From Eledone cirrhosa (Eukaryota): DNA of 64,000 nucleotides. The stretch is taken from positions 220,224,001 through 220,288,000 of the forward strand of contig OZ024740.1 in NCBI GenBank assembly GCA_964016885.1, read 5' to 3'. A model generated the notes under the pieces. The model searched no databases. It was not told the DNA's origin and saw only the letters and a list, made by a program, of their open reading frames with translations. Of this stretch, positions 51,903 through 61,677 are shown piece after piece. Every line of letters starts with the position of its first letter. Position 1 is the first letter of the stretch. The position numbers were made by a program, and so were the translations under genes.

Positions 51903-54900
51903 TAGCGATAAATTTTCGAGGGTTTCTCTTAGTAGCTTTTTTCATGACGTTATTATTGTTAATTTTACTGATGTAGTATTAACTTGGATATTTACCATGC
52001 GACCCTCAGTTCCTACCTCACAATTTCCCTCCCCCCCCCACCCCCACATACCACCATAGTCTATTCGACCAATCAAACCTAGCATGCCATTTCCACTGCT
52101 GCTGCTGCTACTACCTGCCTAACTAACTCTCTCCTCCTCTGGCGCATCCCAACACACCCTGCCATTACCCCACCACCACTGTCCTTCTAGCCCTCAATTT
52201 TCCCACCGTTATGGATGGATGAGCTGGGAATACATTTGAGCAACTCTGAATCAATAGATGAAATATGAATCTGCGAGCTACCAAGCAGCCACGTGAAGCG
52301 CCAACCCAGAGACCCTCCCCTACGAGTGTCGACAAATGCCCAAAACTCCGAGTTGGTACCATCAATGTAGGCTCAATGAAAGGAAGAGCAGGAGAAATCG
52401 TAGAAATGCTAGAGCGAAAGGAAGTTGATGTATGCTGTGTGCAAGAGACTAGATGGAGAGGAGGGTCTGCTAGAGTCCTTGTAGGAAAAAGCCAGTGCTA
52501 CAAATTTTTCTGGGTGGGAAATGACGATGGGATGGGTGGTGTAGGTATACTATTAGCTGACAAGTGGGTAGATAAAGTAATCTCAGTGTACAGGGTAAAT
52601 GCAAGAATCATTAAACTCAGACTAGTCCTGAATAAGACAATTACCACAATAATATCAGCTTACGCACCCCAATCGGGGCTGCCAGACGAACTTAAGGATA
52701 GGTTTTACGAGTCCCTAATACACACTACTGCTCTAACAGACGACAAGGACTTCCTAATCATTGCAGGAGATTTTAACGGACACGTAGGTAAACACTGCGA
52801 CGGCTTCAATAGAGTACATGGAGGCCATGGAGTTGGCACAAGGAATGAGGAAGGATTCAGACTTCTAGAATTCTGCGACGCCAATGACCTGTCGATATGT
52901 AACACAAACTTTAAAAAACCCGACAACCACCTGATCACCTATAGATCAGGGGAGCACTCTAGTCAGTTAGATTTTATCCTCATCAGAGGACGTGACAGAT
53001 GGACGGTCGTAAACACAAAAGCCTTCCCTAGTGAGGAATGTACATCCCAACATAGCTTAGTTGTCAGCGACCTCACGGTCAGAACTAGACGAGCCCTGAA
53101 ACAGAGGCCAACCTGGAGAAGAAAGATCTGGAAGCTGAAAGTCCCCTCAACCAGTAACAGATTTAAAGATATTTTACTCAACGCCTACGACAGTAAAGAA
53201 GAACAGATAGAGACATTTAACGTAGAAGAGAACTGGGAGTTCCTAAAAAATAACTTACTAGAGGCGACGGATGAGGTTTGTGGCTGGAGTAAGACCTCAA
53301 GCAGGAGGAGAGTGACTTGGTGGTGGAACAATAAGGTAGATGAAGCAGTCAAGGCCAAGAGACAGGCATGGAAAGAATGGAAGAACGGGGGGAGCAGGGT
53401 ACATTACATAGAGACCAAGAGGGAAGCTAGGCGACAAGTATACTTAGCTAGGAGGGAAGCAGAGGATAGAAAATTCAAGCATGTTTTACAACGTGAGGAC
53501 CAGAAACAGGAGGTATTCAAGATTGCGAGGCAGTGTGTCAGAGATAGTTGTGATGTCATTGGAGAGAAGTGTATCCGGAATGATAAAGGTGAGCTTGCCC
53601 TCACAAGTGCTGAGAAGAAAGATGCATGGAAGAGTCATTATGATAGATTACTAAATGAGGAGAATGCATGGGAAGAAGAGACCCTACCCCACGTAGACCC
53701 TATAGAGGGACCAGCAGTACAAGTCAGCGGCAGCGTAGTAAGTAAGGCAATCAGAGATATGAAGATAGGGAAGGCAACCGGTCCATCGGGTATAGCTGCC
53801 GAGATGCTGAAGGCATCTGGGTCTGTAGGTCACACTATAACCACACGTATCGTTAACCAGGTAATACTAGAGGGGGCCATACCAAAAGATTGGTGCAGTA
53901 GCATCATTGTCAACTGCTACAAAGGTAAAGGCGATGCACTAGATAGAGGAAACTATAGAGGTATAAAGTTGATGGACCAGGTCATGAAAGTAACAGAAAG
54001 AGTTATAGCACAGCTGATTAGGGACCGGGTGAATATAGACGAGATGCAATTTGGGTTTGTACCAGGGAAAGGCACCACTGATGCGCTCTTCCTTGTGAGG
54101 CAATTACAGGAAAAGTACCTAGCTAAAAGTAAGCCACTCTACTTGGCATTTGTCGACCTTGAGAAAGCCTTTGACAGAGTTCCACGTGCAGTAATCTGGT
54201 GGGCTCTTAGAAAACTAGGAGTAGATGAATGGCTTGTGAAAGCGGTACAAGCCATGTATAGGGGAGCAGTCAGCAAAGTTAGGATTGGCAATGAGTATAG
54301 CGAGGAATTTAGCGTACAGGTTGGGGTCCACCAGGGCTCTGTTCTTAGCCCTCTCCTGTTCATCATAGTCCTGCAGGCAATAACGGAGGAGTTTAAGACC
54401 GGATGCCCATGGGAACTCCTGTATGCTGATGACCTCGCACTCATAGCTGAATCTATGGTAGAACTAGAGAATAAATTCCAAACCTGGAAGCAGGGACTAG
54501 AGAGAAAGGGCCTCAAAGTCAACATGACAAAGACTAAGGTCCTTATAAGTAGACGAGAAAACAGAACCCAGATCCCCTCAGGGAAATGGCCTTGCTCAGT
54601 ATGTAGGAAAGGTGTAGGTAGGAACTCCATTCTTTTCCCCAAATGCAAACAATGGGTACACAAGAGATGTAGCGGGATCTCAGGAAGCTTAATTAAGAAT
54701 GTAGGATTCACATGCAGCAGCTGTGCTGAAACAGCAAGCAAACAGCCACAGGAAACAAGTACCACCAATCTCTGGGAGGGCCCTGTAGAAACAGTAGACA
54801 GCTTCTGCTACCTAGGTGACCGAATTAGCAACGGAGGTGGGTGCTCAGAAAGTACAATAACTAGGGTAAGAACGGGATGGAAGAAGTTTAGGGAACTACT

Positions 54901-55683
54901 ACCACTGCTAGCTGCAAAAGGCTTCTCCCTCAGAATGAAAGGCAGACTGTATGATGCGTGTATCCGAACAGCGATGTTGCATGGTAGTGAGACCTGGGCG
55001 CTGAAGGTGGAAGACTTACGTAGATTAGAGAGAAACGAAGCCTGCATGCTCCGATGGATGTGTAACAGTAATATACGTGAACGACAAAGCATAAATGAAT
55101 TGAGAGAGAGACTGAGCATAAGAGGAATCAAATGCTGCGTGCAGGAGAGGCGGTTACGCTGGTATGGACATGTGATGCGTATGAAGGATGACAGCTGCAT
55201 AAAAAGGTGCAGAGCACTAGAAGTTGATGGAAACCGCGGAGTGGGGAGACCCAAGATGACTTGGGATGAGGTGATAAAAGCCGACCTTACCCAACTACAC
55301 CTCTCAAAGTCAATGACACACGACCGTGACTTCTGGCGTCACACAGTAATACAGGGTACCCGACCTCCCATGGGTACATGCTGAAGCATATAAACAATAT
55401 GCCCCCCACCGCAAGGTGGTCGTGGAGGTGCCACGGCAAAAAAGCACCCAGCCCACACTGTAAAGTGGACGTGTAGGCGCCACGAAAAAGCACCCAGCAC
55501 TCACTGTAAATGAGGTTGGTGTTAGGAAGGGCATCCAGCTGTAGAAATCAAGCCAGATCAGTTCCTGTATGAGCAAGGCATGGTCAGCCGACCAGACACT
55601 GCCCACAACAGGACAACCCGTCTAACCCATGCTAGCGTGGAAGAACGGACGTAAAACGGTGATGATGATGATGATGATGATGA
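51903..55683 (+). mobile_element. Probably full-length RTE LINE (5' leader, single ORF, ~300-bp 3' UTR, (GAT)n tail), flanked by short (TA)n
   Basis: Single EN-RT ORF; 3' end ...aacggacgtaaaacggtgatgatgatg. The 5' boundary is uncertain. Confidence 0.8.
52265..55384 (+). CDS. Intact RTE-clade non-LTR retrotransposon ORF (APE endonuclease + reverse transcriptase + PHD-like zinc finger), 1039 aa
   Basis: Uninterrupted ORF. EN motifs GTINVGSM, CVQETR, SAYAPQ, AGDFNGH, QLDFIL, SQH. RT motifs NYRGIKL, QFGF, FVDLEKAFD, GVHQGSVLSP, YADD. RTE-type C-terminus LHGSETW...RRLRWYGHV...GRPKMTW. Confidence 0.97.
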   Translation: MNLRATKQPREAPTQRPSPTSVDKCPKLRVGTINVGSMKGRAGEIVEMLERKEVDVCCVQETRWRGGSARVLVGKSQCYKFFWVGNDDGMGGVGILLADKWVDKVISVYRVNARIIKLRLVLNKTITTIISAYAPQSGLPDELKDRFYESLIHTTALTDDKDFLIIAGDFNGHVGKHCDGFNRVHGGHGVGTRNEEGFRLLEFCDANDLSICNTNFKKPDNHLITYRSGEHSSQLDFILIRGRDRWTVVNTKAFPSEECTSQHSLVVSDLTVRTRRALKQRPTWRRKIWKLKVPSTSNRFKDILLNAYDSKEEQIETFNVEENWEFLKNNLLEATDEVCGWSKTSSRRRVTWWWNNKVDEAVKAKRQAWKEWKNGGSRVHYIETKREARRQVYLARREAEDRKFKHVLQREDQKQEVFKIARQCVRDSCDVIGEKCIRNDKGELALTSAEKKDAWKSHYDRLLNEENAWEEETLPHVDPIEGPAVQVSGSVVSKAIRDMKIGKATGPSGIAAEMLKASGSVGHTITTRIVNQVILEGAIPKDWCSSIIVNCYKGKGDALDRGNYRGIKLMDQVMKVTERVIAQLIRDRVNIDEMQFGFVPGKGTTDALFLVRQLQEKYLAKSKPLYLAFVDLEKAFDRVPRAVIWWALRKLGVDEWLVKAVQAMYRGAVSKVRIGNEYSEEFSVQVGVHQGSVLSPLLFIIVLQAITEEFKTGCPWELLYADDLALIAESMVELENKFQTWKQGLERKGLKVNMTKTKVLISRRENRTQIPSGKWPCSVCRKGVGRNSILFPKCKQWVHKRCSGISGSLIKNVGFTCSSCAETASKQPQETSTTNLWEGPVETVDSFCYLGDRISNGGGCSESTITRVRTGWKKFRELLPLLAAKGFSLRMKGRLYDACIRTAMLHGSETWALKVEDLRRLERNEACMLRWMCNSNIRERQSINELRERLSIRGIKCCVQERRLRWYGHVMRMKDDSCIKRCRALEVDGNRGVGRPKMTWDEVIKADLTQLHLSKSMTHDRDFWRHTVIQGTRPPMGTC

Positions 55684-55689
55684 TATATA

Positions 55690-55790
55690 TATATTAAGAC
55701 AGGGGGGAAGAAAAAATGGCTTCACTTGTGCTTTCAATAAATTTATTTTCTTCACAAAATCCCAAAAGAATTTTTTTCCGGATTAGAAAA

Positions 55791-55821
<31 letters not shown>

Positions 55822-55873
55822 CTTAAAAAAAATTATTTTATAAAATAATTTTTTATTTAAACAAAAAAAAAAA

Positions 55874-55912
<39 letters not shown>

Positions 55913-56050
55913 TTTCTAATCCGGAAAAAAATTCTTTTTGGATTTTGTGAAGAAAATAAATTAGTTGAAAGTACAAGTGAAGCCATTTTTCCTTCCCCCC
56001 TGTCTTAATATACCTAACTGTACCAAGGATTACACACATTTTCCAATATG
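55690..56050 (+). repeat. Fold-back palindrome with homopolymer-degraded centre plus tail
   Basis: atattaagacaggggggaag...ttcccccctgtcttaatat; axis at 55840/55841; long poly-T/poly-A centre. Confidence 0.65.
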
Positions 56051-56757
56051 TATATATATTTACGTAGAGCACGGAGCGTATGCGCATAAACACACATGTA
56101 CCGTGTCGTATTTTGACAGTATTGTATAAGCTCAATGTGCGAGAACAGAGCTGTTATATGTAAAAGAAATCAAAGAACGCTTACATACTCAAACAGTTTT
56201 TATTTGCTGACAATGTTTCATCCATACCATTGGGCAGATATATAAAATTACAAGAAACGAAGTGAGCTGTGTGGTTACTGTAAACAAAGTTTAAGATGGT
56301 AATATGGACGAAACAAGAAAAGAAACCCTTCATCAGCTGTTAACTGCAGATCATAGATGTTTCGGTGCTTAAAACTACATCAAAAGCGATCAGCGTCTCG
56401 CCCAATGCCTTTTATCGATCAAAAGGCCATGAGGGAAAGAAAAGAAACAAAGGAAAAGTAGTGAGGAGAGAGGAAGAAAGAGAAAAAAAACGAAGTAAAC
56501 AAACCGAATGGAGGGTGGGGGGGGGGGGCAGGACAATAGAACAAGCAAGTGAGTAACCGAGGAAAAAATAGAATAGAATATATATATATATAAACCCATG
56601 CAAGCATGGAACACGGACGTTAAACGATGATGATGATGATGATGATGATATATATATATATTTCGTTTCTGAATTTGTTTAGCAAGATTCTTTATCTGAA
56701 ATCGTGTGTTGAAACCGATATTGTTATACTTTGGGAGGGTCATGTTGCCAATAAGAA

Positions 56758-56798
<41 letters not shown>

Positions 56799-56819
56799 TA
56801 TATATATATATATATATAC

Positions 56820-57900
56820 TAACTAAGAACATAGATTTTACATGTGGCCGGTGCTCTGGTGCAATAAGTAGCAGCAAGTGCCCACAAACTACTAGCTCTT
56901 TCAATTGCGCAGAGGGTTCTATAGAAATAGTGGACAGCTTCCGTTACCTGGGCGATAAAATCAGCAGTGGGGGAGGGTGCTCTGAAAGTACTGTAGCTAG
57001 AGTCAGAACTGGTTGGAAAAAGTTCAGAGAGCTTATACCACTATTAGCTGCTAAAGGGTTCTCACTAAAAATGAAAGGCAGGTTGTACGATGCCTGCATA
57101 CGAACAGCAATGCTGCATGGCAGTGAGACCTGGGCATTGTGTGCAGAGGATATACGCAGACTAGAGAGGAACGAAGCTTGCATGCTCCGCTGGATGTGTA
57201 ACAGTAATATACGTGAACGGCAAAGCATAAACGAACTAAGGAATAAATTAGAGATAAGAGGGATCAGATGTTGTTTACTCGAGAGAAGGCTACGTTGGTA
57301 TGGACACGTGATGCGCATGAAAGTCGATAGCTGTATAACAAAGTGCAGGGCAATAAAGATAGACGGTAGTCACGGAATAGGCAGACCTAGAAAAACCTGG
57401 GACGAGCTGATAAACTCCGACATCACACACTTACACCTCTCCAAGACAATGTCACTGGACCGAGACCTTTGGCGGTACTCAGTAACAGAGAAGACCCGCC
57501 TTACCTAAATATATAGTAAAACCTACTCCAGCCAGTAGGCATCTCTAACAAATACACCCCGTCCCACCACCCCCACCCGATCCACACCACCCCGTTCTAT
57601 GTAAAGTTATGTTGGTGCCGCGCCATCGAGGCCGAAACAAATGAGATCGTGTAGGTGTCACGACAAAAAAACACACAGTCCACGCTGTAATGTGGCCGTG
57701 TAGGCAACACGGTAAAAACCTCCCAGACCCACACTGTAAATGTGGTTGGTGTTAGGAAGGGCATCCAACTGTAGAAAACCTGCCAGACAGTCCTATGCGA
57801 GCAAGACAATCACTCTTGCCTCAAGTGGGACTACCCCCGTCCAAACCCATGCAAGCGTGGAACACGGACGTTAAACGTTGATGATGATGATGATGATGAT
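56820..57900 (+). pseudogene. 5'-truncated RTE copy (young; ORF open to stop at 57508) with 3' UTR
   Basis: DSFRYLGDKISSGGGCSES...KTRLT*; (GAT)n tail. Confidence 0.9.
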
Positions 57901-58124
57901 ATCTGCATATATATATATATATATATATGTGTATATATATATATATATACATCTGATATATATCTGAGTATATATATATATATCTGTGTATATATATATA
58001 TATATATACATCTGATATATATATCATCATCATCATCATCATCATTTTACGTCCTATCATCTCATTTCTGAGTAAACTGGAGCAATGTGAAATAAAGTGT
58101 CTTGTTTATATATATATATATATA

Positions 58125-58785
58125 TGTAGATAAATCTACCAAGAGTTTACGGTAGTGTCCAATCCGTATGAAGAACTCAATGTAATCCGGATATCATGGA
58201 AAGAAGAGATGCATTCAAAAATCACTTTCGGTGAAAGATAAACGGAATACAGAGTCAAGATAAAGTATTAAAAAAATAATGAATAAAGCAATGAAACAGT
58301 TCCTTATATTAAACAAAAAAAGTTCATTATTTAACGATCGTTTCTAGGACATATATGTGTTAGAATTGGTATGCATATTCAACAGATCTATGTACAAAAT
58401 TATACAAAATTATACAAATTATCAAATATAATATACATACCAACACATACATATGCCGTCTTCATTATGAGTTCAAATCCCGCCGAGGTTAACTTTGCCT
58501 TTCATCCTTACGGGGTCGATAAAATAAAGTACCTGTAATGTACTGGGTAATTGCTGGCCTTGTGCCAAAAGTAGAAACAATTATTTCTGAAGACGGCATA
58601 TGTATGTGTTGGTATGTATATTATATTTGATAATTTGTATAATTTTGTATAATTTTGTACATAGATCTGTTGAATATGCATACCAATTCTAACACATATA
58701 TGTCCTAGAAACGATCGTTAAATAATGAACTTTTTTTGTTTAATATAAGGAACTGTTTCATTGTTTTATTCATTATTTTTTTAAT

Positions 58786-58792
<7 letters not shown>
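58125..58792 (-). mobile_element. Fold-back hammerhead element with 205-bp arms and a SINE fragment at the axis
   Basis: Arms 58260-58464 / 58588-58792; 5'-truncated SINE at 58465-58585; unique tail 58125-58259; (TA)n flanks. Confidence 0.75.
58580..58726 (+). ncRNA. Type I hammerhead with unusually long (~114 nt) stem II region
   Basis: attattt-CTGAAGA-cggcatatgtatgtgttgg...ctaacacatatatgtccta-GAA-acgatcgt-T-aaataat. Confidence 0.6.
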
Positions 58793-58861
<69 letters not shown>

Positions 58862-58873
58862 TGTGTGTGTGAG

Positions 58874-58919
<46 letters not shown>

Positions 58920-59163
58920 AAAAGAGAGAGAAAGAGAAAGAGAGAGGGAGAAAGCAAAGAAAGAGAGAAGGAGAGAGAAATAGAAAGAGTCTGCAGTGTT
59001 AAAACCAAAGAGACCACTAATCATGGGAGTAAAAGAATCAAGGAATATACTGCCCAAAAAATGTGAAAGAAATAATTACTTACCAAATTTCAGATATCAG
59101 GTGTATCACAGTTCAATTCCAATTTGTCAATATATCTGTAATCTTTGATGTTGTAGTGAAAAG

Positions 59164-59217
<54 letters not shown>

Positions 59218-60039
59218 AGGGTGGTGGATTGGCAGTATCGGTAGAGCTTTAGACACCATGCTTTACGGTCTGAGTTCAAATCTAGCTGAGCTTAACTTTT
59301 CCTTTCATCCTTACGGGGTCGATAAAATAAAGTACCAGTAATGCACTGGAATAATTGCTGACCTTGTACCAAAAGTTGAAACAATTATTATTATTATTAT
59401 TATGTTTATAAGGCCACAGGTTTGAAAACAAACAGTTTTTTTTTTTGTTATTGTCTGTGTGTATCTGGTTTAGAGTAGGTACATAGTATCCCTGCATGTC
59501 ATACGCTGTTTCTAAAAGGGTTGACACTAGGAAGGTCATCCATCCATAAAACCATGTTTCAAAAAGGACCTCATGATAGATATGAAGCTTATCAAGGGAC
59601 CCACAAGGTTAACCCCTGCTTTAACAGGGAAGATGGCCTTAAAATGCTTGTAGTGTTGTGTAATATAATGTTATACAATTTAAAGCAAAGGTACTTACAT
59701 GTTAGAACATAAAATTATAATGAAAGATTTTCTCTATAGTTTTATACACTGTTAATTTATTTATATTTTTTCTATATTTGTTTTTATCTATCTTATTTAT
59801 CTTCTTTTTTTTTCAATGATTCATTAAGAAAAGCATTACGTGAATTCCATCTTTTATTCATAACATTTTGAAAAGAGCATCATTGTAAGGCAGTTTAAAT
59901 ATATAAATATAGAAGTTGATTTACAGATGGTTTTCATTTTTATAAACAAGATTCTTTTAAACCTATTTTACTATTTACTATACTACCATCCTAATTTCAC
60001 TGAAATGACTATAATTCTAATGAAATACACTGTAATCAA

Positions 60040-60471
60040 TTAACCCGTTTGATACCAGCCTGCCCCTAATTATCACATGCCCTATGAAAGAAAGCTACCC
60101 AGTTTAAAGGGTTCTTATTTAAATTAAAATCTAACAATTTTATAAGAATTTTTTGTTAAGTTTTACAAATACCATCTTAATAATGAAATAATCAATAATT
60201 TAAGTAAATCCCTCTATATTCTTCACCAATTAATAGAAATAGAATGTATTCTATAAGAAATATGGCAGCAAGTGGTTTAAATGAAGAATTTGATAGGATT
60301 TTCTAAAATGTTTAATTAATTCAAATGGTATCTACAGTATAACTTACCAAAAGGTTCATATTTAAAATTATGTTGGAAGATTTTTAATTTGACTAGGAAC
60401 ACTTTAAAATTGATAGTTTTGCATTATAGATACAGGGTCAGTTTTAGGTGGGTTGATACCAAATGGGTTAA
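60040..60471. mobile_element. piggyBac-type MITE
   Basis: TTAA-cccgtttgatacc ... gataccaaatggg-TTAA. Confidence 0.6.
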
Positions 60472-60764
60472 CAATCTTTTTGTTTTTAATATATACTCAT
60501 CCAAATGGTAGAGCGTTGGACAATATGCTTTGCAGCATATAGTTATGGTCATTTATGTTATGAGTTCAAATCCCACCAAGGTCCATTTTGCCTTTCAACA
60601 CGGTGTACTTGATAGAGAGTGGGAACATTTGTAAACGAGATACTGGCCTCTGGCATGTCTGAGAGATCAGTAACATTAATTAAGAACTGACATCATCAAA
60701 GACAACCTCTCCAACCCTTTCTAGCAAAGGAAAGTGATCGTTAAACGATGATCATGATCATCAT

Positions 60765-61345
60765 CATCATCATCATCATCATCGTTTAACGTCCACATTC
60801 CACGCTTGCATGGGTTTGGACGGGAGTTTTCCCACTTGAGGCAAGAGTGGTTGTCTTGCTCGCATAGGACTGTCTGGCGGGTTTTCTACAGCTGGATGCC
60901 TTTCCTAACACCAACCACATTTACAATGTGGGACTGGGAGGTTTTTACCGTGTTACCTACACGGCCACATTACAGCATGGACTGTCTGGCGGGTTTTCTA
61001 CAGCTGGATGCCTTTCCTAACACCAACCACATTTACAATGTGGGACTGGGAGGTTTTTACCGTGTTGCCTACACGGCCACATTACAGCGTGGACTGTGTG
61101 TTTTTTTTGTCGTGACACCTACACGACCTCATTTGTTTCGGCCTGGATGTTGTGGCACCAACATAACTTTACATTGAAAGGGGCGGTGTGGATGAGGTGG
61201 GGTGGTGGGGCGGGGTGTATTTTGTTAGAGGTGCCTACTGACTGTAGTAGGTTTTACTTAGTATTTAGGTAAGGCGGGTCTTCTCTATTACTGAGTACCG
61301 CCAAAGATCTCGGTCCAGTGACATTGTCTTGGAGAGGTGTAAGTG
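60765..61345 (-). mobile_element. 3' end of the same RTE subfamily as 56820-57900, with an internal tandem duplication
   Basis: HLSKTMSLDRDLWRYSVIEKTRLT plus 3' UTR; the ~120-bp block ggactgtctggcggg...ccacattacagc is duplicated. Confidence 0.85.
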
Positions 61346-61400
61346 ATCATGATCATATATACACATATATATATGTGTGTATATATATATATATATATAC

Positions 61401-61619
61401 ATACTAGAGTGTTGTAGTTTGCTTGAAGCATTGTTGAATAGGAAACACAAATTTAAATAATTTTGAAAACCATACAATGCATTAGAAAGAAAATCAAGAT
61501 TCCTAAGATAACAAAAGAATTTTACCTTAGTAAATTTGCTAAAGTAAGATTCTTTTGTTATAGCAATCTTAGCAATCTTGATTTTCTTTCTAATGCATTG
61601 TATGGTTTTCAAAATTATT

Positions 61620-61624
<5 letters not shown>
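61401..61624 (-). repeat. Fold-back palindrome (~85-bp arms) plus tail, between (TA)n runs
   Basis: atttaaataattttgaaaaccatacaatgcattagaaag... mirrored to ...ttttcaaaattatttaaat (61451-61624). Confidence 0.7.

Positions 61625-61677
<53 letters not shown>

Noticed and set aside
52705-55254. Antisense ORFs over the RTE
   Set aside because: Shadow ORFs of the sense coding frame.
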